From assembly GCA_963663275.1 (NCBI GenBank), contig OY760183.1:64001-128000 (forward strand): DNA of 64,000 nt, in the 5' to 3' direction. Made by a program: the position numbers and the translations under genes. This DNA is from Chloroflexota bacterium (GTDB lineage Bacteria > Chloroflexota > UBA11872 > VXOZ01). Of the stretch, positions 39,601 through 48,014 are shown piece by piece. Positions within the stretch are counted from its first letter, which is position 1. Each line of letters begins with the position of its first letter. Under the pieces are notes generated by a model. That model made no database searches. It worked only from the letters and a program-made list of their open reading frames with translations, and was not told the origin of the DNA.

Positions 39601-40021
39601 AAGAGTCTTGTGCCAGCGTTTGCAGAGACGCAACGGCGCGCGTCTCCAGGTCCGTCAAGCCGTCCCGCACCCAGGGCAGGGCCTCAATCGCGCGCGCCGC
39701 TTCCCACGGCAAGAGTTCGGTGTTCAGTCGTTGCTCCAGCCCGTTGGGGCCGTTGACCCAGGTGCGGTAGCCGTCGGTGAAGGCGATCCAGTTGTCGGCC
39801 TTGCGCCAGACCAGGAGGCCGCCGGTGGTGCGCTGCTCGCTGTCCCCGGCGGCGGTGTAGCGCTGGTCTTCCAGGCATTCGCCGACGACATCGTGGCCGA
39901 TGAGGTCGCGGAGGGTCTTGAAGCCGAGCACGAATTGGCAGTCCGCCGCGGCGTGGGCGGACGCGGCGGCAAAGAACGTGAGGCAGAGACTCAAGGCAAT
40001 AGCGGCAAGCGACTTCTTCAT
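36665..40021 (-). CDS. Large secreted NHL-repeat (beta-propeller) protein
   Basis: Signal peptide; repeated LYV.D..N.RVL and D.V.GQ motifs. Confidence 0.85.
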   Translation of the reverse strand: MKKSLAAIALSLCLTFFAAASAHAAADCQFVLGFKTLRDLIGHDVVGECLEDQRYTAAGDSEQRTTGGLLVWRKADNWIAFTDGYRTWVNGPNGLEQRLNTELLPWEAARAIEALPWVRDGLTDLETRAVASLQTLAQDSSQVLRALLESEWNWLPPRYEVEVSFLDQLVAMGAVDQAGVLGLIRLAFLNTIERADVEAMRALTDELKANPAALQEALSHPALGHGAAENVAAVAALLSLKRSDPEAAAAITALPWVQDGIRSLAPGNSRGFAFELNRLHDLIDLARVSRQAFTNLVGKPSILNDFAPFARTLAVRGVPGDLWADVVIGQPDISQVSEEQVVPFKVFNPGGVVVDRSVSPGRAYIWDAGNSRILGIDLGTCYAGPGPCVADIVIGQPSGFDHSACNGDSNVQNFPYRAVATAATLCGIADTVISVDEAHTFVTMAVDAEGNLYVPDSLNNRVLKYVRPFETDTIADEVWGQQNFAGIACNRDSEGFSPTRETLCFHRSLHGGAWAASGVNIDFAGNLWVADTANHRVLRFSLNRATGRIAKHADLVLGQPDFQSKEEGNGLAELNLPAAVRTDGRGWVYVADKENDRILVYAPPLASGMAVTSVFGANFNRPTSLEFDPENRGVWVNDSNNKMIELWDWAGANVLKVLGKDSYRPDGQCGGLDLSSVPGAPGLCRSGGGIGIDAQGNLLMPVALHTQDILRFSAPIPDADSGVTALPDKRLFYPPGGINYKAARELRNGIGVAVFQDQLIAADTKRILFWNGVAGLRNGQPADGVVGETYWSPGLEECCGQIKVDGAGRLWVLGTDVTRFIDVYQLPLTADAAPIKTISTDNVSFPVLGTNERVTLGPTKYRLLGSSEWVTLGPHIRGIAPVGNGEAVWISDSYNHRVLRLRDPLGDPVVDVILGQKNAAGNMCNRRAHISAWDRPEEVTDSPEPDMLCFPGALSIDRLGNLYVSDHSLEVAGNWRLLIFAAGSIPIDNHTAVFAPAAAKVFGDLDSVEDRFFVSFWGAGHRIAVGSTWMSPQSTATWEPAFDSANRMVVGLNSYFGPRFVAYYDDPLGPSTQPSGFLRDFASMPYAATFDENDNLYVADLNRNRVLIYWNPFNNPRR

Positions 40022-40838
40022 TCGTCTACTCTACGATCTCCATTTGGCCGGTTGCGGCGGATTCGTAGGCCGCGAAGACGGTGTGCCCGGTCTTATCCGC
40101 GTTGCCGGCGCCCAAGAAGCGTTTGCCGCCAGTCTAGACCACCCACATCTCGTAGGGGTACCCCTCGTGGGTACCCTCTTCTTTTGGTTCCGGCTACGAC
40201 CAAGCCTGCCTACGGGCGCCCACAAGGGGCGCCCCTACCCGGTGGTCGCTGACCGTTCGCGAGTACCCGCGTAGGGGTACTCCTCGTGGGTACCCTCTTC
40301 TTTTGGTTCCGGCTACGGCCAAGCCCGTCTTCGGGCGCCCACAAGGGGCGCCCCTACCCGGTGGTCGCCGACCGTTCACGAGTACCCGCGTAGGGGTACC
40401 CCTCCTGGGCAATGCTATCGCATTGAAGGTGGAGAGTCACGAGTATGAGCCTCTACACGGCTTGGCACGCTGTGTAGGGGCACGACATGTCGTGCCCCTA
40501 CACCTTGTTGACGATAGGTCAAGCGCATTAACAGCGCGGATTCGCCGTGGTTGCCTGATTCAGCAGTTAGTGCGACAGCGCCGCCCCTCGTAGGCGCCCC
40601 TACGGCATGGCCGGCCAAGTCTCTGCTTCCATTGCTCATCATCGCCGACGCGGGCGATGCGCGGTCATGGAAAGACCGGCAATCGTGGACGTAGGTTGTG
40701 CGCACGCCGCAGCAAGGCGCACTATCTGCCGGACACCGTGGCAAGGCGGCTATCTGGCGGACACCGTGGCAAGGAGCGCACTTCCGCCCCACACCGCAAC
40801 GAGGCGCGCTTGCTGGCTAATTCCGTAAAGGCGGCTTC

Positions 40839-42293
40839 TTAACTGGCGTACCGCCCGCAGTGTTCCTGGTAGGCGTCGCTGCTGCGCACCCAGGCGCCGG
40901 TGCGTTTTTTCAGCCAGAGGTTCAGGTTGTTGTTCTCCCACACTTCGCGTTCCGTGGGGTTGGGTTTGCCGTAGCCGCCGAATTTCTCGTACCACCACTT
41001 GGCTTGCGCCATGAACGCCAGTGTTTCTTCCTTGAAGCACTCCTCCATGGTGTAGTCCGTGTAGTCGCGCGACGGCCGGGCGTGGAAAAGCTCATGCACC
41101 AGCGCCGACACGCGCACGTAGAGGCTCTCGGCGCGCAGCCGATCGTCCAGCAGGACGCGATTGTTCCCCACCTGGAAGAGACCGTCCGAGTGGGGGAAGC
41201 CGTAATCCGCCAAGTCGTCGAAAGCGACGTAGGTGACCTCGGACCCAACGTAGGCTTGATACAGCGCCTCGCCAAACTCCGTGGTGCGCATCATGGCGAA
41301 TATGTTATCCAGCAGAGGGTCCACGTAGCGCACGGGCGTCGGTTCGGCCGGCGGCGGGGGCAACGCGCCGAACTGGGCGCACCACTCGCGGTAGGTGGGG
41401 GAGGACGTGACCCACGCCTCCAGGGTCTGGGCGTGGTAGCGCTCGCCGTGGTCGTTCAGCCACCGCTCCAAGGCGGTGTCGGCGGTTGGCAGGCCGCGCC
41501 GGCCGAACTTCTCGCTCCACCAGCGCGCCGTGGTCTGCTCGGCCCCGACCACCTCGGCCAGGCAGTCCGCGCCGGTGCGCCAGCGCTGGCTCTGAGGGCC
41601 GCGCTCCTGCGCGTTGTAGGCCACCACCGTCTGCCAGGCGATCAGCGCCGCCAGCACCTCGGCGCTTTCATTGCGCAGCGCGCGGTCGATGACGATCTCG
41701 TGGCGCGGCGGCTCGTAATACCGTGACGTCCAGCCCGCGGGCGCCACGCCAAAGCTGACGCGGGGCGCGGTTTGCCTGAACCAGGCATAGAGAACCTTGC
41801 CCACCGCCGTGGTCCGCAGCGCCTCCAGCGCGGGAAGCAGATCGGGGTCTACCGCCTGTTGCCACGGCTCCAGGGTTGGCGTGGGGATGGGAGCGGGCGG
41901 CGGCGACGGCGTGGCAGCCGGCGCGGGCGGCGGCGTGGGCGTGGCGACTACGCCGCCCGGCGCGTAGTCGAACTCCCAGGGAAAACGCTGGGTGTTCAGG
42001 CGCGTCTGCAGTCCGTTCGGGCCGTTGATCCATGTGCGGTAGCCGTCGGTGAACGCCGTCCAGTTATCGGCCTTGCGCCAGACCAGCAGTCCGCCGGTGG
42101 TCTGCTGCACGCCGTCGCCGCTGGCGTTGTGGCGCTCGTTCTCCAGGCATTCGCCGACTATTTCGTGCCCAACGAGGTCGCGCAGCGCCTTGAAGCCCAG
42201 CACGAATTGGCACTCCGGCGCGGCGTGGGCGGTCGCGGCGGTCAGGACAGCCACGCAGAGGCTGAACAAGACGCAGGCAAGCAGTCTCTTCAT
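40839..42293 (-). CDS. Secreted protein with shared N-terminal module and tandem zincin-like domains
   Basis: Signal peptide; Pro/Thr linker; HELFH motif with downstream EE in the second repeat. Confidence 0.75.
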   Translation of the reverse strand: MKRLLACVLFSLCVAVLTAATAHAAPECQFVLGFKALRDLVGHEIVGECLENERHNASGDGVQQTTGGLLVWRKADNWTAFTDGYRTWINGPNGLQTRLNTQRFPWEFDYAPGGVVATPTPPPAPAATPSPPPAPIPTPTLEPWQQAVDPDLLPALEALRTTAVGKVLYAWFRQTAPRVSFGVAPAGWTSRYYEPPRHEIVIDRALRNESAEVLAALIAWQTVVAYNAQERGPQSQRWRTGADCLAEVVGAEQTTARWWSEKFGRRGLPTADTALERWLNDHGERYHAQTLEAWVTSSPTYREWCAQFGALPPPPAEPTPVRYVDPLLDNIFAMMRTTEFGEALYQAYVGSEVTYVAFDDLADYGFPHSDGLFQVGNNRVLLDDRLRAESLYVRVSALVHELFHARPSRDYTDYTMEECFKEETLAFMAQAKWWYEKFGGYGKPNPTEREVWENNNLNLWLKKRTGAWVRSSDAYQEHCGRYAS

Positions 42294-42376
42294 CCGGCAA
42301 CTATGCTTTCACCGCAGTGCCGGATTGGACGGAGGGCGGACGGAAGAGATGGCGCGAATCACTGTGGCTGCGGCGC

Positions 42377-42763
42377 CTATTGCGATGTTGCAGCGTATTG
42401 CTCCAGCTTGCCAACGAGCAGATGCACGCGCTCGATGCCCCTCTGAACGAAGTCATCCGTCTGCCAGTCCTCGTAGAAGTTTTGATGCAGGGAATTCGCC
42501 ATGAGGAAGAGATCCCGCAATTCAGGGTCGTCCACGTCGTCGGCAATGCGGCTGACAATGCCATAGAGCCGGGCGTGCGAATTGTGCTGCCAGCCATTGC
42601 GCTCGGCAGCCGCTTTGACTGCCTGGGCGGCGGCGCCCCACGCCTTTTCACAGGCCTGCAGCCTGTCGCCCTGGTCAAACTCTTCCTGAGCCTGCCGGAT
42701 GAACCGGCGGCTGAGAGCCGAGTGTTTGGCCGCTCTTCCGTTGTTCGCATTGCCTGTAATCAT
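42377..42763 (-). CDS. PaREP1 family (HEPN-like) protein
   Basis: GD.LQA.EKAWGAAA and LH.NFYE. Confidence 0.8.
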   Translation of the reverse strand: MITGNANNGRAAKHSALSRRFIRQAQEEFDQGDRLQACEKAWGAAAQAVKAAAERNGWQHNSHARLYGIVSRIADDVDDPELRDLFLMANSLHQNFYEDWQTDDFVQRGIERVHLLVGKLEQYAATSQ

Positions 42764-43178
42764 CGCCGGTTGCTCCTTGCCGCCGCGCCCATAGCAAAGC
42801 GCGAGGCGCGTGTTGGCGCGTGTGTTGCGACTTCCTTTAGCGACAGGTGTAGGGGCACGACGTGTCGTGCCCCTACACCTGTAGGAATCGAACGCTTGCC
42901 TTTGTCTTAGAATCGTAGGTTCAAGTCATCGAACCATGGATTCAAGTAGCCGAACCGTCATGTCAGTTAATCATGATACCAGAACGAGAAGCTGGGCCAA
43001 CGTGCGCTTGTCCGCGTCAAGGCGCATACAACGCAGGACCGCCGGCAGCCGCCTGCGCAAGGTTTACGACGCTGCCGATTCGTACGACCCAAACGCTGTA
43101 AGGGTACCCCTCGTGGGTACCCTCTTCCTTCCCCAACACCCTCGTCGGGCGCCCACCAGGGGCGCCCCTACCGGATAG

Positions 43179-44231
43179 TCAGCCAATCTTGACTATCCGG
43201 CCGCTTGCCGCTGATTCGTAGGCCGCAAAGACCGTGTGCATCACCTTCTCCGCCGCGTCCGCGCCGAGAAACGGCTTGCCGCCGGTCCGGACGGCCCAGA
43301 CGAAATTCTCGATTACGGCGTCGAAGTGCGCCTGCGTGCCGTGAGCGAAGCGGTAGCGGCGCTCCACGTAGCCCGGGGTTGCGCCCACCAGCACCGCGTC
43401 GGGTTCCAACTCATCGGCCACCAGCGTGCCCCGCGTGCCCGTCACCTCCAGCCAGAGGTCGCTATTGTGCAGGTTTCCCGGCACGTGGGCGCGCCCCACG
43501 CAGACCGAGCCCAGGATGCCGTTCTCCATCTCCAGATTGAGCAGCGCCATGTCCTCGATGTCGAACTCGCGGTGGGGCCGGTTGTAGTACTTGCCTGTAA
43601 CGCAGTGCACGGACGTGGGGGCCAAGCCGGTGACGTTCAGGATGGCGGTAAGGGGATAGAGGCCGAAGTTCAGCAGTTCGCCGCCGCCGTTCGCGACCGG
43701 ATCGAAGAAGACGCGCTCCTCCTCGTCCCACTTTTCGCCGTTTCCGTAGGTAGCCAGGAAGTGGGCGTTCACGTTCACCACCTCGCCCACGTCGCCGGCC
43801 GCCACCGCGTCCCGCGCCCGCTGCAGCGAGGGATGCCCGATGCGGGCAATCCAGCCGAACGTGCGGGTGGTCCGGCGCGCCGCCGCAATCAGCGCGTCGC
43901 ACTGCTCCAGCGTGATGCCGATGGGCTTATCCACCAGCACGTGCTTATCCGCCGCCAGCGCGCGCAGGGCCAGCGGCGTGTGGCGGGCGTACTCCGGCGC
44001 GACGCACACGGCCTCCACGTCGTCGCGGGCCAGAAAGGCGTCCAGATCCGTCGTATATTCCAGGTCGAAGTGAGCCGCCAACTGCCGGTTCAGCGCGTGG
44101 TACTCGTCCGGTATATCGGCGTCGTCGGCCAGACCCACCAGCGTCACGTCCGGGTGGCCCGCGAAGAACGGGGCGTAGTCGTCCTGGTGGCGAATGCCGC
44201 TCACCAGGCCGATGCGCAGTTTCTCAGCCAT
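43179..44231 (-). CDS. Gfo/Idh/MocA family oxidoreductase
   Basis: KHVLVDKP, GGGEL.N.G.Y, V.GT.G, AAYESA..G. Confidence 0.85.
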   Translation of the reverse strand: MAEKLRIGLVSGIRHQDDYAPFFAGHPDVTLVGLADDADIPDEYHALNRQLAAHFDLEYTTDLDAFLARDDVEAVCVAPEYARHTPLALRALAADKHVLVDKPIGITLEQCDALIAAARRTTRTFGWIARIGHPSLQRARDAVAAGDVGEVVNVNAHFLATYGNGEKWDEEERVFFDPVANGGGELLNFGLYPLTAILNVTGLAPTSVHCVTGKYYNRPHREFDIEDMALLNLEMENGILGSVCVGRAHVPGNLHNSDLWLEVTGTRGTLVADELEPDAVLVGATPGYVERRYRFAHGTQAHFDAVIENFVWAVRTGGKPFLGADAAEKVMHTVFAAYESAASGRIVKIG

Positions 44232-45051
44232 TTTCGGCCACCTCCCGCCAGTCAACGCGCCGCCGTTCGCGCAGCGATACTCCTACCGCCTGGGCGATGC
44301 GCGCGGCGGTAACGGCTTGTTCCGCGCACAAGAGCGGCTCGTCCCGTCCGGTGCGCACGCTCAGCCAGTGATCGAAGAGACCGGCGGCCAGCGTGTGGTC
44401 GGCGTTCTCGTCGCGCTGGTGCGCCATGCCCTTTGTGCCGTAGAGCAGCCATTCGTCGTGCGCGGGGCCGTCCGGCGTCTGCACCCAGGTTGCCGCGGCC
44501 TCGGCCGCGGGAAAGTGCGCGTTGGCGTTGATGGTGGTTGTCCCCTTATGCTCTCCGCGATTGGCGAAAATCCAGTCCGGCGTGTCGTCGATCAGGGAAG
44601 CCGCGGTCGCAAGAGCGTCGGCCAGGGGCGCAAAGCGCGGGGCCGCCCGCGCGGGTTGCGTGAGCCGGCGCACCGCCGCGTAGCGCGCGGGACCGGTGCT
44701 TTCCGCGCTCAGCGCCAGCCGCATGGCGCGCACGGCCGGCAGCGCGTGGCTGGGGCCGCCAAGCAACGGCCCGCGTCCGGCGCTCTGCAATTGTTGCGCT
44801 TCTGCTCGCGTCAGCGGCCCCGGTAGACACAGGGGAAAACCCGCGTCCAAGATCCGCCGCGCCAAGCTGAGGCGCTCCGGCAGGTTCCAGTGCAGTATCA
44901 CGCTGTCCAGCTCCCCATCCGCCAGGGCTTCCTCCAGGCCGTCCGCCGCGAGCGTGCGCGGCGCGCGCCGGTAACGGTCGCGCCACCGCGACGCAGGGCG
45001 GAGTTCCGCGGGAAAAGGCCCTACCAACGCGACCCAAGCTGTATCGTCCAC
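44224..45051 (-). CDS. Divergent Gfo/Idh/MocA-like protein
   Basis: LYGTKG and C-terminal AV..A..A..S...R helix; stop overlaps the next gene; GTG start after GGAGAG is inferred. Confidence 0.55.
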   Translation of the reverse strand: MDDTAWVALVGPFPAELRPASRWRDRYRRAPRTLAADGLEEALADGELDSVILHWNLPERLSLARRILDAGFPLCLPGPLTRAEAQQLQSAGRGPLLGGPSHALPAVRAMRLALSAESTGPARYAAVRRLTQPARAAPRFAPLADALATAASLIDDTPDWIFANRGEHKGTTTINANAHFPAAEAAATWVQTPDGPAHDEWLLYGTKGMAHQRDENADHTLAAGLFDHWLSVRTGRDEPLLCAEQAVTAARIAQAVGVSLRERRRVDWREVAENG

Positions 45052-45242
45052 TTCGCTTCTCTCCCCGTCGTTGCGCTCATTGTCTTCTAAGACTACCACA
45101 AGTTGGCGACGTGAGCGGCAGGGAAGACCGCCCTGGCGCGCGCATTGTCGTGGGCGCGCGTGAAGTGGCATAATGTCACATGGCGGTTGTTTCTCATCCA
45201 ACCGGCGCGCGGGCGTTTTCGTCGCATACGTTGGGGCAGTGC

Positions 45243-46352
45243 ATGCAAAGACGGGTCCATTTCTCTCCGCGTCGTCTGCCGTGGCGACGGGCGCTCGTGG
45301 GCGCGGGTGTGGTTGTGCTCCTGCTGCTCGCGTTCGCCGGCGGCGCGGCCTGGTTCCTGAGTGAGGATGAAGAAGCCCCGGCGGAGCCCGCCGCCGCGTC
45401 GAGCCCCGCGGCCGCCGAGACTCCCGCAACCGGCGACTCCGTATCCGACAAGATCATCGAGAGCGCGCGGGCGGTTGGCGAAAAGCTCATCCCCGATTGG
45501 CCCGAATCCGAGCGTTTCAGCGTGCTCGTCATCGGCGTGGACACCCGCCAGTACGACGTTGGCAGCCGCGCCGACACCCTCATCGTGGTCACGATCGACC
45601 CGGAGCGGCAGGCCGCGCTGCTGGTCTCCATCCCCCGCGACATGATGGCGCTGATCGCCGGCTACGAAGACCGGCGCATCAACGAACTCTACGCCTACGG
45701 CGGCGCGGACCTGGTGGTGAAGTCCGCCGAATACCTGCTGGGAATGCCCATCCAGTACTACCTCACCATCGACTTCGAGGGCTTCCGGCGCATGGTCGAT
45801 ACCTTGGGCGGCGTGGAGATCGACGTGAAGTACGACATCAACGACTACAAGTTTCCCAACGCCGACGACACCGGGTTCGAGCCGTTCGTCATCAAGCGCG
45901 GGGTGCACCACATGGACGGCGATACCTTGCTGCGCTACGTGCGCACGCGCTTCGACGACCCGCGCGGCGACTTTGGCCGCATCGACCGGCAGCAGCAGGC
46001 GCTGGTCGCGCTCAAGACGCAGTTGCTGACCTATCAGACCATCGGCAAGATTCACCTGCTCCTCGGCGAGTTCCAGAGCATGGTGGATACCAACTTTCCC
46101 ATCTCTCCCCAGCGGGCGCTCGCGTTGGGCATGCTCGGCCTCGAGATTGAGCCGGACCGAATCTATAGCGAAGTGATCGACTACGAGGGCAACCTGGTTT
46201 GGGACGTTGAACTGGAGTCCGGCGCAAAGGTGCTCAGGCCGAACTTGCCCGCCGTGCGCAGCATGATGGAGCAGAGCCTCCTGGCAATCGGGCAACTGCA
46301 ACCGGTCGCCGGCCAGGAAGCCACCCTGCAACAAGCGGACGTCGAACCCTAG
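45243..46352 (+). CDS. LCP (LytR-CpsA-Psr) family protein
   Basis: TM anchor; G.D.R, RADT, SIPRD, RIN..Y, D.GRI.RQQ. Confidence 0.9.
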   Translation: MQRRVHFSPRRLPWRRALVGAGVVVLLLLAFAGGAAWFLSEDEEAPAEPAAASSPAAAETPATGDSVSDKIIESARAVGEKLIPDWPESERFSVLVIGVDTRQYDVGSRADTLIVVTIDPERQAALLVSIPRDMMALIAGYEDRRINELYAYGGADLVVKSAEYLLGMPIQYYLTIDFEGFRRMVDTLGGVEIDVKYDINDYKFPNADDTGFEPFVIKRGVHHMDGDTLLRYVRTRFDDPRGDFGRIDRQQQALVALKTQLLTYQTIGKIHLLLGEFQSMVDTNFPISPQRALALGMLGLEIEPDRIYSEVIDYEGNLVWDVELESGAKVLRPNLPAVRSMMEQSLLAIGQLQPVAGQEATLQQADVEP

Positions 46353-46374
46353 CACCGTGCCAACTGGACTCTTA

Positions 46375-46547
46375 GAACCTGTTTACTATCTGCTTATGAG
46401 GGAGTTAGCAAAGCCGATAAAGACCGTTCGTGCTGAGCCTGTCGAAGCATGAACGGCTATATGCAACCTTGCGGTGGTTCCGTTCACCCTTCGACGCGGC
46501 TCAGGGCGAACGTTCCTGGTGCAGACAGGGAGATCGTAAACAGGCTC
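46375..46547. mobile_element. MITE-like element with 17-bp TIR and TTA target duplication
   Basis: GAACCTGTTTACTATCT ... AGATCGTAAACAGGCTC (15/17 match); TTA on both sides; carries a family E repeat pair. Confidence 0.8.
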
Positions 46548-46887
46548 TTACGGATAGCCAACTTCTGAATCTGTCCCCAATCCCAGAGAAATCCTTTGCG
46601 AAACCTCGCCGCAAGGCGACCAATCCCCTCTCCTTGGGTAAGGCGACCAGTCCCCTCTCCCTGAGGGAGAGGGTTAGGGTGAGGGGAGATTGTGGGGCAA
46701 GCCGTGCCTAAACCTTGCGGAATGGGACCGAGCCGACGAGGATTCCCCCTCACCCCGGCCCTCTCCCCAGGGAGAGGGAGTTTCAATGCGCGCCGCGGAC
46801 CGCCGCCGTCGGCAGGGAGTGCGCACGCCGCGCCGCAATAGAAGAATCGCTACCGTCTCTTAAGTCAAAGCGCAATAAGGGATAGCC

Positions 46888-47826
46888 ATGTCAGATACAC
46901 CGGCATTGCCGCCCATGATCTACGACAACGTCGTCCAACTGATTGGCCGCACGCCGCTCGTGCGCCTCAACCGCCTCCCGGGGCCAGACGCGGCCACGGT
47001 GCTCGCCAAGATCGAGGCGCTGAACCCGGGCGGCAGCGTGAAAGACCGCATCGGCCTGGCCATGATCGAAGCGGCGGAGCGCGCGGGCAAGCTCAAGCCC
47101 GGCGATACGGTGGTGGAACCGACCAGCGGCAATACGGGCATCGGCCTGGCCGTCGTCTGCGCGGTGCGCGGCTACCGGCTCCTGCTCATGATGCCGGAAG
47201 ACATGAGCGTGGAGCGGCGCAAACTGCTCGCCCTGCTCGGCGCCGAACTGGTGCTGACCCCCGCCCTGGAGGGCATGTCCGGCGCGGTCTACGCGGCGCA
47301 GGAACTGGTGAACGAACACGGCTACTTCATGCCGCAGCAGTTCATGAATCCGGCCAATCCCGCCGCTCACCGCGCCACCACGGCGCGGGAAATCCTGCAC
47401 GATACGGGCGGCAAGCTGGACGCCGTGGTGGGCATGGTGGGCACCGGCGGCACAATCAGCGGCATCGGCCAGGTGATGCGCGGGGAAGCGCCCCACGTGC
47501 GCGTGATCGCGGTGGAACCGGCAAAGTCCGCCGTGCTTACCGGCGGGCGGCCGGGCATTACGCGCATCCAAGGCACCGGCGCCGGCTTCGTGCCCGGCAT
47601 CCTGGACCGCAGCGTGCTGGCCGAGGTGCGCACGGTGGAAGACGAAGAGGCGCTCACCATGGCGGAACGGCTGGCGCGGGAAGAGGGCATCCTGGCCGGC
47701 ATCTCCGGCGGCGGCGCGGTGGTTGCCGCCCTTGCGGTGGCGCAAGAACTCGGCCCGGACAAGACCGTGGTCACCATCATCCCGGACTCCGGCGAACGCT
47801 ACCTCTCCATGTGGGAAATCGAGTAA
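46888..47826 (+). CDS. cysK: Cysteine synthase A
   Basis: NPGGSVKDRI, EPTSGNTG, QQF.NPAN, GTGGT, PDSGERYLS. Confidence 0.95.
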   Translation: MSDTPALPPMIYDNVVQLIGRTPLVRLNRLPGPDAATVLAKIEALNPGGSVKDRIGLAMIEAAERAGKLKPGDTVVEPTSGNTGIGLAVVCAVRGYRLLLMMPEDMSVERRKLLALLGAELVLTPALEGMSGAVYAAQELVNEHGYFMPQQFMNPANPAAHRATTAREILHDTGGKLDAVVGMVGTGGTISGIGQVMRGEAPHVRVIAVEPAKSAVLTGGRPGITRIQGTGAGFVPGILDRSVLAEVRTVEDEEALTMAERLAREEGILAGISGGGAVVAALAVAQELGPDKTVVTIIPDSGERYLSMWEIE

Positions 47827-48014
47827 GCGCCCCACAACGCGCCGCGAACCCTATTTCCCCATCCGCGCGTCCACATTCTCTTCCATTGCCCGCGCAACAC
47901 GCCGGTAGGGGCACGACATGTCGTGCCCCTACCGGCGTGTTGCGGGGTGTACTGTCCCCCACCGGCGCGCCGTAGCGCGGGGGCTTGTCCCCCGCCTCTT
48001 CACCTGCCGCGCAC

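Noticed and set aside
6735-42763. Integron-like cassette interpretation of the scattered small genes
   Set aside because: No integrase or recognisable attC sites; the genes are dispersed among housekeeping loci.
42908-42990. 21-bp degenerate repeats reading RFDDLNLRF on the minus strand
   Set aside because: Probably a short coiled-coil gene remnant with stops; too little to call a feature.
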